Of a stretch of DNA of 64,000 nucleotides, positions 7,705 to 17,800 are shown piece after piece. The notes under the pieces are model-generated. The model made no database searches. It was not told where the DNA came from and was given only the letters and a program-made list of their open reading frames with translations. Position numbers and translations under genes: made by a program. Source of the stretch: a virus; IMG/VR virus record IMGVR_UViG_3300043449_002292, positions 64,001 through 128,000 of that record; one strand, given 5' to 3'. Each line of letters starts with the position of its first letter. Positions within the stretch are counted from its first letter, which is position 1.

Positions 7705-10700
7705 CCTGCCGCATCAGCAAGGCACTCCTCGATCTTCGCCTGCAGGAGAGCCGCAGCCTCCTCACCGAGCAGCGGTAGAAGGGCGGGCAGGTTCTGAAGA
7801 ACAGCGATGAGAGCGGCGAGCTTCTGGGCCGCGGCGGCGACCTGAGCGGCCTTCGCAGCAGCCTCCTCAGCGGCGGCGGCGGCAGCAGCGACATCTATCC
7901 GCGTCTGCTCAGGGATCGCGGCGAGCAGGGCGTCCGCGGCCTGCTCGGCCTTTTCATTAATCTCGGCCTCGACTTCGGCAGCAAGCCTTGTCAGTTCCTT
8001 TTTCGCTTGAACCTCGAGATCATGGATGAATTCGTGCAGATCATCGCAGGCGTTATTAACCTGGCTAGTGACCGCCGTCGTTACGTCCTCTGTTGAGGGT
8101 GTGGGAGCGGCTGGCTCCAGTATTCCGACCGCTGGGGACGTTTTCGTTGTGTCAGAGAAATCCACCACAGCTTTCGCGAGCTGCTGATTGATGCTCGAGT
8201 ATGTCGGAAACCCAGCGCTGTATGCCATCTGAAGCTCTGTCTTGAACCCATCCTTACCGATGGTCGAGTCGACGGAGACCACGAAGTAGCAGCTATCGAT
8301 GGAAGTTCCCGTTCCAAAATCAACGAAAAATCGTTGCATCGGGTGGAAAAGAGGGCATCCGATTGTGGTCATTCCGAGCTTCGCCGGAAGCACCTGCATC
8401 GGCACACCGGAATCGACATTCTCATCCGCCCTTTCACCGTCAGAGTTGAAAGCACGGCCGAGGAGCATGTTCGCCATTGCGGCGTTTCCACCTGTCGTGA
8501 GAGATGCATTCACAACCGCCGACGTTGATGAGCCGTAGATGATAGTTGGCATACCGGCCGCGACGACTCGCTTTATTTCATCGTAGCTGCCCGCCACACG
8601 CAGAAGGACAGTGCCGTTTTCGACGTTTCTGATGACACTTTCGACAGTTTGTTCAGCCGAGGAGATCCTTTGCAAGCTCGCCTTATCGACAGTCTCGAGA
8701 ATACCAGCGTCCAGTCCAGCTTTCACCGCAGCGAGGGCAGCGTTCTCCTTCTGATCGTTATTACCCGATCTAACGTACTCTGATACGGGAATCTGGATCA
8801 TGCTCAGCTCGTTGTCCTTTGCCGCTGTGATGATCTCCGATAGCGTTGAGCTCGGCTCCATGGCGCTATCGTAGACATGCAGCTTGATCAAGGTCTTGGG
8901 CCTACCAGTTTCTTGATTGATGAGCGGTTCGCCTGCCTCGTCCAGGAGCTGACAGCCCTCGACGTGAACCTGCACGCGCCCAAATTTGATCTTCCTCTCG
9001 GGTATTCCAACCTCGCTAAGACGCTCCTCGAGGGTGAGCGCGGAGTTGGGTCTGAACGTTCCCTTGTACGGCTTGCCGTCGCGGCCTGTCAGGGTCACTG
9101 GTTTAAACTCTAAAGACTCTGCCTTGCCCTCATTTCCTGCCTTCTGGTTGTAAAAACCCGCCATTAGGTAAGCTCGTGCTGGCGCGAATGAGACGAATCG
9201 ATCATTGAGGAGACGGATGAATGACCTCGAGGAGAGCTCAGGGGTCTCCTTCACCTCCTTCAGGACCGCCGCCTTGAGACGACCCGCCTCTATCGGAAAG
9301 CAGCTGATCGGCAGGTCATGGACCGCTCCCGCGAGCTTGTTGAACGGGTAGAAGATGACCTGAACCTCCTCGTATTGCTTGGTGTTCAGGATAGGCTCCG
9401 CGACCATCTTCATGAAGACCGACCCGAATGAGTAGTATTCTGTTAGTTTCGAGAATGCTCCGCTATCGTAAACTGCCGTGCCCTTTTTCGCCTCCCCCGT
9501 CTGCGTTTTGGTCAAGTTCCCGTTTGCGTCTTTCGTCTCACCAACGATGAGGTTAGACGCCAGCGCGGCGCAGCGGTTTGGGTCTGCCACGAAAGGTGCT
9601 GCCAACTCATCGGACTCAAATTTGGGAAGTGAACTGAAGATGCTCTCGTAGGTTTGCGTGACCTCCTTCGCAAATTTTTCGGCCTCCCCGGAGACGTTGC
9701 TGGCGTTCGTTAGCACGGTCCTCCCGTAAAGTTCGAGCAGCTTGGAGCTGATCTCGGCGTCGGCGCCTTTGCTTTGCAGCAGATCCTTGATCTCGCCCAT
9801 CCTCTCCTTGTTACCAGCAGCTTTCAGGGCACCCGCGGCGTCCTTCAAGGTGTCAAGCACGTCGTACTGGGCCATCGAGGGTGTGGTCCCCCGACCTCGC
9901 AACTCAGCAAGACGATCGTTGATGGCCTCGACCAGCTTCTCCAGTGCAGGTAGCACGTTTGAATTTCCGCGCGGACCCGTGTTGAGCAGATCCATGCTTC
10001 CCACCGTCTGGATGGACAGGGTAACCTTAATCTGCCCGCCCTCCTCAAAGGAGTACGTGGAATTCGAGACCCTGTATCGTGCCTGGTGCTTCAAGGAATC
10101 GAGGAACTTGCCTATTGGATTTTTGGAGTCGATTCCGCCCTCAGGATGCGACCAACCGTAGGTGATATCGAGGAATGTCGTGCCGTAGAGATCAGGTCGA
10201 ACGAAGGCAGCCATCTCGCGAAGCCGCGAGCGATCGTGAATTACGAGCTCAAGCCTGCCTGTCGTGAAATCAGAGATGCTGCCCTGCATTTTCGTTGTCA
10301 GCTGCAGGTTCCCAAGGCTCGCGATGGGACGTAACCTGTCAATAACAGGCACGAACTCGAACCCCACCTCCCCCATGTTCACCAGCGTCTGTGGGGAAGT
10401 GAACAGCTCGATCCCGGAACGGGTCCCCAGCCCGAGGTCCAAAACTTCGCTTTTAACGTTCTCCGCCTGACTGGCGAGGATGGAGCTGTCGGCTGACCCG
10501 AGGCTCGGGGGATTGAGGAAGCCGTGGAGGGTCAACGCGGGGGCGACGGTTCCGACCGCGCGGCGTGTGCTCACAAGCTCCAGGTTGATGTATGGGACGC
10601 ACTTGCTGAACTCCAACGTCGGGATCGCGTTCATGAAAATCTCGATCGCACCTGTGTCCTTCACCATTGGACTCATGAACGGATTGAACACGGAGATAGC

Positions 10701-11216
10701 GTAAAAATTCTGATCCTTGATCGTCGGTTCAACTTTGAATTCTTTTTCTTGGGAGAGAGCTTGGGGGTTTGATATTATACCCGTCGGCTCCTTCACCTCG
10801 AATTTGTCGGTGGTACGTGTTGGAACAGCATAAAACTTAAGCTGTCCCTCGTTGGAAAGATCGTCATTTATGATGTATTTTTTAAGCTCATCAGGTGACT
10901 TTGACGCAGCCTGCACGAACTTGCCTATGCACACCGAGCCGTAGACGAGCTCTGCCACGAGATCCGACAGCGTATTTCCAGTGTCGTATGAGACGGAGCG
11001 TGTGATCTTCGCCGACTTCTTCAGAATATCCGCAAGCTGCGTCGCGTCTATGGCGTTGCGGGTCCTGTCCTGCTGCGCTTGAGCAAGGCCTGCCCGCACA
11101 TCTTCGAACTGCTCGGAAAGGCTCCAAGATTGCTCGATAAAAGCACCATCGGTGACAGCCTGGAAGTAGGTGGCAAGATCCTTGACAGCCTGCGAGACGA
11201 GGGGTGAGCGTGGCAC
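7701..11216 (-). CDS. Large baseplate hub-like protein (gp27/Mu gp44/P2 gpD-like), putative
   Basis: Directly after the LysM/gp53-like gene; late segment TTIGCPLFHPMQRFFVDFGT...YFVVSVDSTIGKDGFKTEL fits hub-type barrel ends; Ala-rich helical tail. Confidence 0.55.
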   Translation of the reverse strand: MPRSPLVSQAVKDLATYFQAVTDGAFIEQSWSLSEQFEDVRAGLAQAQQDRTRNAIDATQLADILKKSAKITRSVSYDTGNTLSDLVAELVYGSVCIGKFVQAASKSPDELKKYIINDDLSNEGQLKFYAVPTRTTDKFEVKEPTGIISNPQALSQEKEFKVEPTIKDQNFYAISVFNPFMSPMVKDTGAIEIFMNAIPTLEFSKCVPYINLELVSTRRAVGTVAPALTLHGFLNPPSLGSADSSILASQAENVKSEVLDLGLGTRSGIELFTSPQTLVNMGEVGFEFVPVIDRLRPIASLGNLQLTTKMQGSISDFTTGRLELVIHDRSRLREMAAFVRPDLYGTTFLDITYGWSHPEGGIDSKNPIGKFLDSLKHQARYRVSNSTYSFEEGGQIKVTLSIQTVGSMDLLNTGPRGNSNVLPALEKLVEAINDRLAELRGRGTTPSMAQYDVLDTLKDAAGALKAAGNKERMGEIKDLLQSKGADAEISSKLLELYGRTVLTNASNVSGEAEKFAKEVTQTYESIFSSLPKFESDELAAPFVADPNRCAALASNLIVGETKDANGNLTKTQTGEAKKGTAVYDSGAFSKLTEYYSFGSVFMKMVAEPILNTKQYEEVQVIFYPFNKLAGAVHDLPISCFPIEAGRLKAAVLKEVKETPELSSRSFIRLLNDRFVSFAPARAYLMAGFYNQKAGNEGKAESLEFKPVTLTGRDGKPYKGTFRPNSALTLEERLSEVGIPERKIKFGRVQVHVEGCQLLDEAGEPLINQETGRPKTLIKLHVYDSAMEPSSTLSEIITAAKDNELSMIQIPVSEYVRSGNNDQKENAALAAVKAGLDAGILETVDKASLQRISSAEQTVESVIRNVENGTVLLRVAGSYDEIKRVVAAGMPTIIYGSSTSAVVNASLTTGGNAAMANMLLGRAFNSDGERADENVDSGVPMQVLPAKLGMTTIGCPLFHPMQRFFVDFGTGTSIDSCYFVVSVDSTIGKDGFKTELQMAYSAGFPTYSSINQQLAKAVVDFSDTTKTSPAVGILEPAAPTPSTEDVTTAVTSQVNNACDDLHEFIHDLEVQAKKELTRLAAEVEAEINEKAEQAADALLAAIPEQTRIDVAAAAAAAEEAAAKAAQVAAAAQKLAALIAVLQNLPALLPLLGEEAAALLQAKIEECLADAAG

Positions 11217-11510
11217 TTAGGTGGACCTCAGGGCTTCCGACAGGTCCGTCGGAATGAGAACGCGCGTGCCCGGTGGCACCTGCAACCACCAACCTATCTC
11301 GGAGGCTGCCGCGATCACCCACCAGTACTTACCGTCACCGTAATACTGCCCAGCGAGCTGATCGAGTCGCTGGCCCTCGGCGAGAGTGATCTCGCTGACC
11401 TGCAACCGACCTGCACGAACCGCATCGCGGAGCTTCAGGAACGAATTTGCCGTGGAGAGACGTTGCGGTGTTCCAACGATAATATCTTTCTGGTATCTGC
11501 TGACTGCCAT
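11217..11510 (-). CDS. LysM-like baseplate wedge protein (T4 gp53 / P2 gpX-like)
   Basis: EGQRLDQLAGQYYGDGKYWWVIAAAS...VPPGTRVLIP. Confidence 0.85.
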   Translation of the reverse strand: MAVSRYQKDIIVGTPQRLSTANSFLKLRDAVRAGRLQVSEITLAEGQRLDQLAGQYYGDGKYWWVIAAASEIGWWLQVPPGTRVLIPTDLSEALRST

Positions 11511-11528
11511 CTCTGGTATCCTTGGGTA

Positions 11529-14500
11529 TTAGAATAACTTCTGAAGCACGCTTTGTTTATAAGCCTCTTCATATGCTACCTTGGAGCCTGCGTTGTCTCC
11601 CCGCTCGAGAGTGCGAGTTTGAGTTCCGGCCCCATACGGCTCGCTATCCCCGCCCTCGACCACGGAGTTGATGAGATTTCCGATGGGATAGATCGGCGCC
11701 CTGTTGAAGCCCTCATGATCGAGGCCCGGCGCGATGTCATGGATGGGCTCAAGGGATACCTGCACCTTGCAGGCGCGGGGAGCACGGTTACCGGGTCCAT
11801 CCTCACCAGCGCCCCAGACGATGCCCTGATCCATCCAGGTGAACTGCAGCTGCGTAACAACGCCGGCAAGTCCAAGCCCACGTGTGGTCTCGAAAGATCT
11901 GACGATCGCATTATTCTCGGGATCATAGAATGACGTCACATCTGCGCTTGCGTCGAACCCCGCGGCGGCGGCTTTGGAATATTTTTCAGGGTCTACTATT
12001 ATCGATTTTCCGATAGGCAAACCCAATCCCTCACCGCTGATGATTCTGAAAATGTTGTCGTAATATTCACCAGATAGAGCCGGGTCTTTTATAGCAGTCC
12101 CCTCCGACTCAAGCTCAACTAAATGCTTGCCGTCAAAAGTCGCGTAAACTCCGGGTGAGATCGTATAGAGCGTGCTCGCCGCGAAACCAGCCGTAGCCGT
12201 GCTCTGCTTTTTTTCCTTGTCCTGATACCCAAATATTCTCTTGAGATTGAATCTTGAGTAATTGGATCGTATGAGATCCCCAATTCGAACCCTCACCACC
12301 GGGGTCGCTGTGGGTATTTGAGAAAATGGTTGCGTGAATTTAAAGTCCGAAGTAGTTCCTACTTTCGCTGTTAGATCACGACCCTTCGACCACTGAGGAT
12401 ATACCATCGTGGTGAGCTTGTTAATCTGCCACCACATGTAATCAAAATCATCAGGGTTCATGGCCACTATGTTAAACGAGAACCCGACCGAACGCTTGGT
12501 GTCCTTGTATGTCTTAACCTCCTCGATTCGACCGTAACCACCCGCGCTGTTGTAGTTTGCTGTGTAGCTGTCGCTGAGGTCCTCGAGGAACGCGTGAAAC
12601 GCTATGATCTCGTTTGTCCTTAGGTCCTGAAAGTAGAAGGGCATGTACTCGGCATCGAGCGTCGACTCAATCGCAGATACCTGCTCGGGAGAGAATCTCA
12701 ACCGCCCGTTGACATCGCCTTGCGTTGTTACAGACTTAATTCGATAGGAAATTCTGCTGTTACTTTCATCTAGCAGGGAACGATAGGATTGTGTGATATC
12801 AGAGGGAACAAGATGATACGAGGGTAGATCGTATAACGCGTAGCTTGTGCCACGTCGATTTTTGATCTTGTCACCGTAAACTCGTCTTGCTCCGAACCCC
12901 TGCATTAGAACCTTCTGACCGCCCGTATTTGACAAGGGATCAAAGTTCGCATACACGACATCGGGGTCGGACTCGAGGTCCGTCTTACGGTAATCTATCG
13001 CAGCAGCTTGCGTGTAAGCTAGATCTCCGATCTGGGCCAGCGTGTTAACGAACTTGAAGAGCTTCGAATCGAATATGCTCGGACCGCTGCCGATTCCGAC
13101 GATGTCCAGGGCTGCCGCGCCGACTGCGGATCCGAAATTTTCGATCGAGCTTCCAAGTGCAGCGGTATCCCGATTGAGCTCACGAATGATACCCATGTAG
13201 TACTGTCGTGATGTGGAATCAGCGTAGATGACAAGGATCCGAGCCGTGATCTCTCCGAGGAGTACAGCCGTGTTACCGTTGAGAATGATGCCAAGATCAA
13301 GGATAAGGGACGGATCGATACCGTAAGAGACACCCAGGAACGACGCGAGACCCGCAACGACGCAATCGCCGTATCCAACGAGCTTGTTGGTCGGCATGTA
13401 GATGGGATTCTGCAACGAGAGACCCGTTAGATCACTGAGAGCATTCAAACCCTGCGTGAGCGTGCCGAGCAGCGAATCCGCAGGCTCATACTTGAATTTC
13501 CCGGACTTTAACTTCCTTGGATTTCTCAAGCCAGAGTTTACCTCGGCTGGAACATCACCCTTTTCGCCCCCGGGTATTAGACCGATCACGGCAGCGGCAA
13601 GGACGGCAGCGACGAACGTGCCGCCCGTGACGAAAGCTGCGAACGCGGCTTGACTTGTGGTGGCACCTGTGAAGGTAGCATCGGGACTGAAAGGAACGGG
13701 CCACACACGACTGGCGTATCTTCCGTCCGTGTTGCCCAAACCATCATCACTCGTGATCGCGTCCTGACCACCGTTCGCCATCGTTCGATTGAGATCGTCC
13801 AGGGACGTTCCCTGCGCGGCGACAGCGACCCTGATGGGCTCCTCAAGCTGCGAGATCCCACCCGGTCCCGCTAGCCACTGATTAAAATCTTCATACTTGG
13901 CGGGTTCCACGCCCATCGCCGAGACCATCAGGTTGCGACCGATCTCACCGAGATCTTTAACATCCGTGAGCTTCACGTCCGAGACATCGTAAGATGATCC
14001 CAGGGACCCAACCCCGAGCCTGACCCTCTTGCTCGTTGCCGCCCCATCATCGACCGTGAAGCTTCTATCATCGAAAGTATCACCGCCATCGACGGTGAGA
14101 TTTCCTGAGTAGAGATTCTTGTTTGAGAGTGCCTGGCCGATCGAGCTCACGTAAGCTTTGGCACCAGCCGTCGTTGTCTTTACGGCACCGTCCGCTGCGT
14201 CCGAGCCGACGACACCGGATAGCAGCTCGTGACCGCTGAGCTCGACGGAATCGTTCGCCTCGCCGAGCGGTCCTGTTTTTACGATATCCTCGATCAAGGC
14301 ACCGTCGAGGGGCGAGCCCGGCAACCCATCACGGTAAGCGGCGTCACGCAACCCGGACTGATCCGAGAACCCACGCTCCTCTATCGAAAGGTCATTAAGG
14401 GGAAAGGGGTTCGCATGTGGAGGAGGGTTCGGTCCGTTGTACTCGACGATGTCCTCGGTCGGAACGACCCCCTTCGTCAAGCTGCTGATGTAGCTCCGCA

Positions 14501-14636
14501 AGGTCTGTCGGTTAGCTGTCGAGTAGTCGTTGTCACCCGGCTCGATGATCCCATCACCATCCGGTGTGGTCGTGTCACCGAGCCCAGTTCGAGCTTCGAA
14601 CTTTGGAACTGGTGGGGTAAATCTCGTGCTTGACAT
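11529..14636 (-). CDS. Baseplate/tail-tube initiator-like protein (gp48/gp54/P2 gpU-like C-terminal domain) with long N-terminal extension
   Basis: FHAFLEDLSDSYTANYNSAGGYGRIEEVKTYKDTKRSVGFSF...YP...PVVRVRIGDL...GVVTQLQFTW...APRACKVQVSLEPIH; between tape measure and LysM genes. Confidence 0.6.
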   Translation of the reverse strand: MSSTRFTPPVPKFEARTGLGDTTTPDGDGIIEPGDNDYSTANRQTLRSYISSLTKGVVPTEDIVEYNGPNPPPHANPFPLNDLSIEERGFSDQSGLRDAAYRDGLPGSPLDGALIEDIVKTGPLGEANDSVELSGHELLSGVVGSDAADGAVKTTTAGAKAYVSSIGQALSNKNLYSGNLTVDGGDTFDDRSFTVDDGAATSKRVRLGVGSLGSSYDVSDVKLTDVKDLGEIGRNLMVSAMGVEPAKYEDFNQWLAGPGGISQLEEPIRVAVAAQGTSLDDLNRTMANGGQDAITSDDGLGNTDGRYASRVWPVPFSPDATFTGATTSQAAFAAFVTGGTFVAAVLAAAVIGLIPGGEKGDVPAEVNSGLRNPRKLKSGKFKYEPADSLLGTLTQGLNALSDLTGLSLQNPIYMPTNKLVGYGDCVVAGLASFLGVSYGIDPSLILDLGIILNGNTAVLLGEITARILVIYADSTSRQYYMGIIRELNRDTAALGSSIENFGSAVGAAALDIVGIGSGPSIFDSKLFKFVNTLAQIGDLAYTQAAAIDYRKTDLESDPDVVYANFDPLSNTGGQKVLMQGFGARRVYGDKIKNRRGTSYALYDLPSYHLVPSDITQSYRSLLDESNSRISYRIKSVTTQGDVNGRLRFSPEQVSAIESTLDAEYMPFYFQDLRTNEIIAFHAFLEDLSDSYTANYNSAGGYGRIEEVKTYKDTKRSVGFSFNIVAMNPDDFDYMWWQINKLTTMVYPQWSKGRDLTAKVGTTSDFKFTQPFSQIPTATPVVRVRIGDLIRSNYSRFNLKRIFGYQDKEKKQSTATAGFAASTLYTISPGVYATFDGKHLVELESEGTAIKDPALSGEYYDNIFRIISGEGLGLPIGKSIIVDPEKYSKAAAAGFDASADVTSFYDPENNAIVRSFETTRGLGLAGVVTQLQFTWMDQGIVWGAGEDGPGNRAPRACKVQVSLEPIHDIAPGLDHEGFNRAPIYPIGNLINSVVEGGDSEPYGAGTQTRTLERGDNAGSKVAYEEAYKQSVLQKLF

Positions 14637-14872
14637 CAGAATCTCCTGGGCTGCCGACGACCGGGCTGCTTGGGGGTCGTATCGACCCCAGCTTTATTTA
14701 GTGAGGAGGCGAACTTACCCATCGCGTCTCCAGGTAGTCCAGCGCAGAGGTGCTCATAGGGTTTAAGCTGCTCCGCAAGTGCTGCGATCGCAGCTGGACG
14801 ATCGGCCTCAGGCACCTGCTCGAGAAGCGATTGATAGATGGGAGTCATCTTAAGGAGTTCTATGAGGGTCAT
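14636..14872 (-). CDS. Hypothetical protein
   Basis: 78 aa, stop overlaps next start (TGATG), fills the gap. Confidence 0.7.
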   Translation of the reverse strand: MTLIELLKMTPIYQSLLEQVPEADRPAAIAALAEQLKPYEHLCAGLPGDAMGKFASSLNKAGVDTTPKQPGRRQPRRF

Positions 14873-14879
14873 GTTCTAT

Positions 14880-17800
14880 TCACTTCGGTTTCGGTGGGTT
14901 CCAAGTGTCGCCATCTTTGGTTTTGTTATATCCAATTGAGGTGTCATTCTCGAAGATGTCGTTGATTCCGTCGTTGTTCTGCATGAACTTCTTGAAATTG
15001 TCCGTCGCTGCGACGTAACCGCCCATGATCAGTGATTCGGAGATCTTCTGGGCGTTCATTGTCACGTTGAGCTGCACGTTGACATTCACGGTCCCTCCAG
15101 CCACGCTCAGGGAGGTCTTCGCGACCCTCATGTTCTTCTCAAGGCGATCGATCGTCGCGTCGAGTCGAACGGTCTCAAGGTCGGCGAGGATCTCATTGAT
15201 ATTCATGGTGTGACCGACGAGGGCTGTGAGCCGCTCCTCGAACTGCGTCATACGATCCTCGCTGAGACCTTTAACGACATCCTCGATGTTGTAAGCGAGA
15301 TCTGTGATGCCCTTGATAGCCTCGTTGAGGGGCTGGATCTCCTTCACGGCATCTTTCATATTCTTGATGTTGTTGATCATCTCGCTTGAGATTCCGAAAT
15401 CCGCGCCGAAGGACTGGCCCACCCAGAATCCGAACTGCCCGAGCAATGCGATGAATCCACCCGGCATATCAGCCAGGGTTTGGGCTGACGTCAGGGACGT
15501 CAGATTTGGGATAACGGTATTCACGTCGGTCAGACCTTCAAGCGAGGTGATGATCGTCTTCAGCGCGTCAATGGCCTTCGACATGTTCTGCACGGTGTCT
15601 TTCGTTTCATCGGTGATGGAGTTATCTTTGAATTTTTCATTAAACTGTGTTGCGAAGACGCCGAGCTGAGCCACCATGCCGGTTCCACCGGTAAGATCCA
15701 GCATTTTTTTATTGGCATCATCGACGTCTCCTATTCCGATCAACGTGGTGATCGTTGTTCCGATCGACGTGAGAGCAACGTTCAGACCCCCGATAGACTT
15801 TGCGGAATCACCTGCAACCCCATAGTTCAGGTAGTCTGCAAACCATCCGGAAAGGGCTAGGACCCTGCTCAGAAATCCCGTCGTCCCTTCCTCACCTGTC
15901 GTTCCGGTTAGGTCCTGCAACCTCCTCGTCGCTTCTTTGGTGTCACCCAGACCCGCCAGCGTCGTGATGATGGCGCCAATTCCCGTGACGGCCGCACCCA
16001 GCTTGCCGATCTGCTCGCCCTTGCCCGCGGCCGCGGAGGCGTCGCCCATCAAGTTGAGCTGGCCGATCAGGCCCATCCTCTTGCCGTCGCCCTTCAGGAG
16101 CGTGAAGGCGGTCGCGATGGCATCAAACATTCCCTCTGTATCGATCGTTCCGGCCCAGTCCTTCGGAATCGCAGCATCGATCGCTGAGACTGAGTTGATC
16201 ACGCCCTGCAATGTGGTCGCTATCTGCTGCAGGGATCCGATCTGGCTGGTCATCCCCGCGGCATACGTCAGATTCGTCTTGAACGTCTCATCGCTGAACG
16301 GTTCCACAAGCTGCTTGATCACGTCCCCGATACCCTCCAGGACGCTCGTCAGAACCCCTTTCGTGCCCTCGGCGACACCGAGCTTGCTGGCGACCCAGGT
16401 GGCAGCCGCAGCACCGACAAGTCCCATCGTGCCCATCTTCTCGTGCATCTTGCTGATGCCGAACATGGCACCCGCGACCGCGATGCCGAACACGGCAAGG
16501 ATACCTCCCAAGGCAAGGAGGTCCCCTATGCCGACATTCTCGAGTTTCTTCGCTGACTCAGCTATAAGGTCAACGAAGCTGTAGGTCTTATCAGGCAGCG
16601 GCTCCATGAGCGAGGCCATGAGCTCGGCGATGGCGCCTCCGATCGTCTTGATCGCCACGCCGACGGCAGCGGCCATCGTTGCGATCCTGAGCGGATCCTC
16701 TATGATATCGAAGAGCCTCTCCATCATGCCCTTACCGGTGGTAAGCGTGTCAGCTATCGGTGACTCGATCCCGCTCGAAAGACCTGAGGCGACATCTGCC
16801 GCGGCCCCCGAGGCAGCCCCGACAGCGCCCCCGGTGGATACCGCCTCCCCGACCGCATCGAATATCTTTCCAGTCTCCCCGAAGAACATGTTCGCGATCT
16901 CGGTGATCGTCGACATGATCGGACCACCCCCGACGAAGATTCCAGCGATCGCGGTTGCCCAGGGATACTGCTCGAACATCCTCATGATCGCGTCAATGAT
17001 TGCGCCACCGAGATCCGGCAGCTGATCCAGCAGCTTCGGAAGCGCGACCTTCAGGCGATCGACGGATTTTTTGAAGGCTGATTGGATCCCGCCCGTGACG
17101 CCTGATTCTCCATCATCCGTGAACATCTTCGTCAGGTTGTCGATCCACCTTGGGATGCTATCGACGAGCCACTCAACGCCGCCGACAAGAACGTCAAGCA
17201 TGAACTGTCCGAACCTCGCGGCCATATCCATGAAGCTAAAGTTTCCAACCCCCTCTGTGAAAGCTTTGGAAATGGATGTGAAGACGCCACCGAGGAGCTC
17301 CTTAACGCCCCCGACCACATCGCCCTCCTTCACCTTGGTTATGAAACTCTCAACGCTTGTTGCGATCTCCTCGAACATCGTGCCGATCTTGGTGAACAGC
17401 CCAAGAAATGCTTGACCATCATCATTCTTGAACAGGACCGCCGAGAATATCCTACCCACCCTCTGACCGATTACAGCCACGTCAATCATCTTCTTAGCAA
17501 GGTCCCCGATAGTTTTTAGGACACCTTTTGAGCCAAAGAACCCCCGACCGAATCCCTCGAAGAATGCTGACATGAAACCCGTGAATTCCTTAAACGGCGT
17601 GATGACGTTCTCAATGTTGTCCGCAAGATCCTTGAATGTCTCCTCGGTCGACTTCTGCTTCTTGTTCGCCGCGTCAGCGCCCGCGACGATCTCATCGTAG
17701 GACATCGCCAGACCCTGTGAGGAGAACGCAAGACTCACCTGCTTCTCGGTGAGACCCGCAGTGTCAGCGAGCAGCTTGCGATCCACGCGTGACATCTCGT

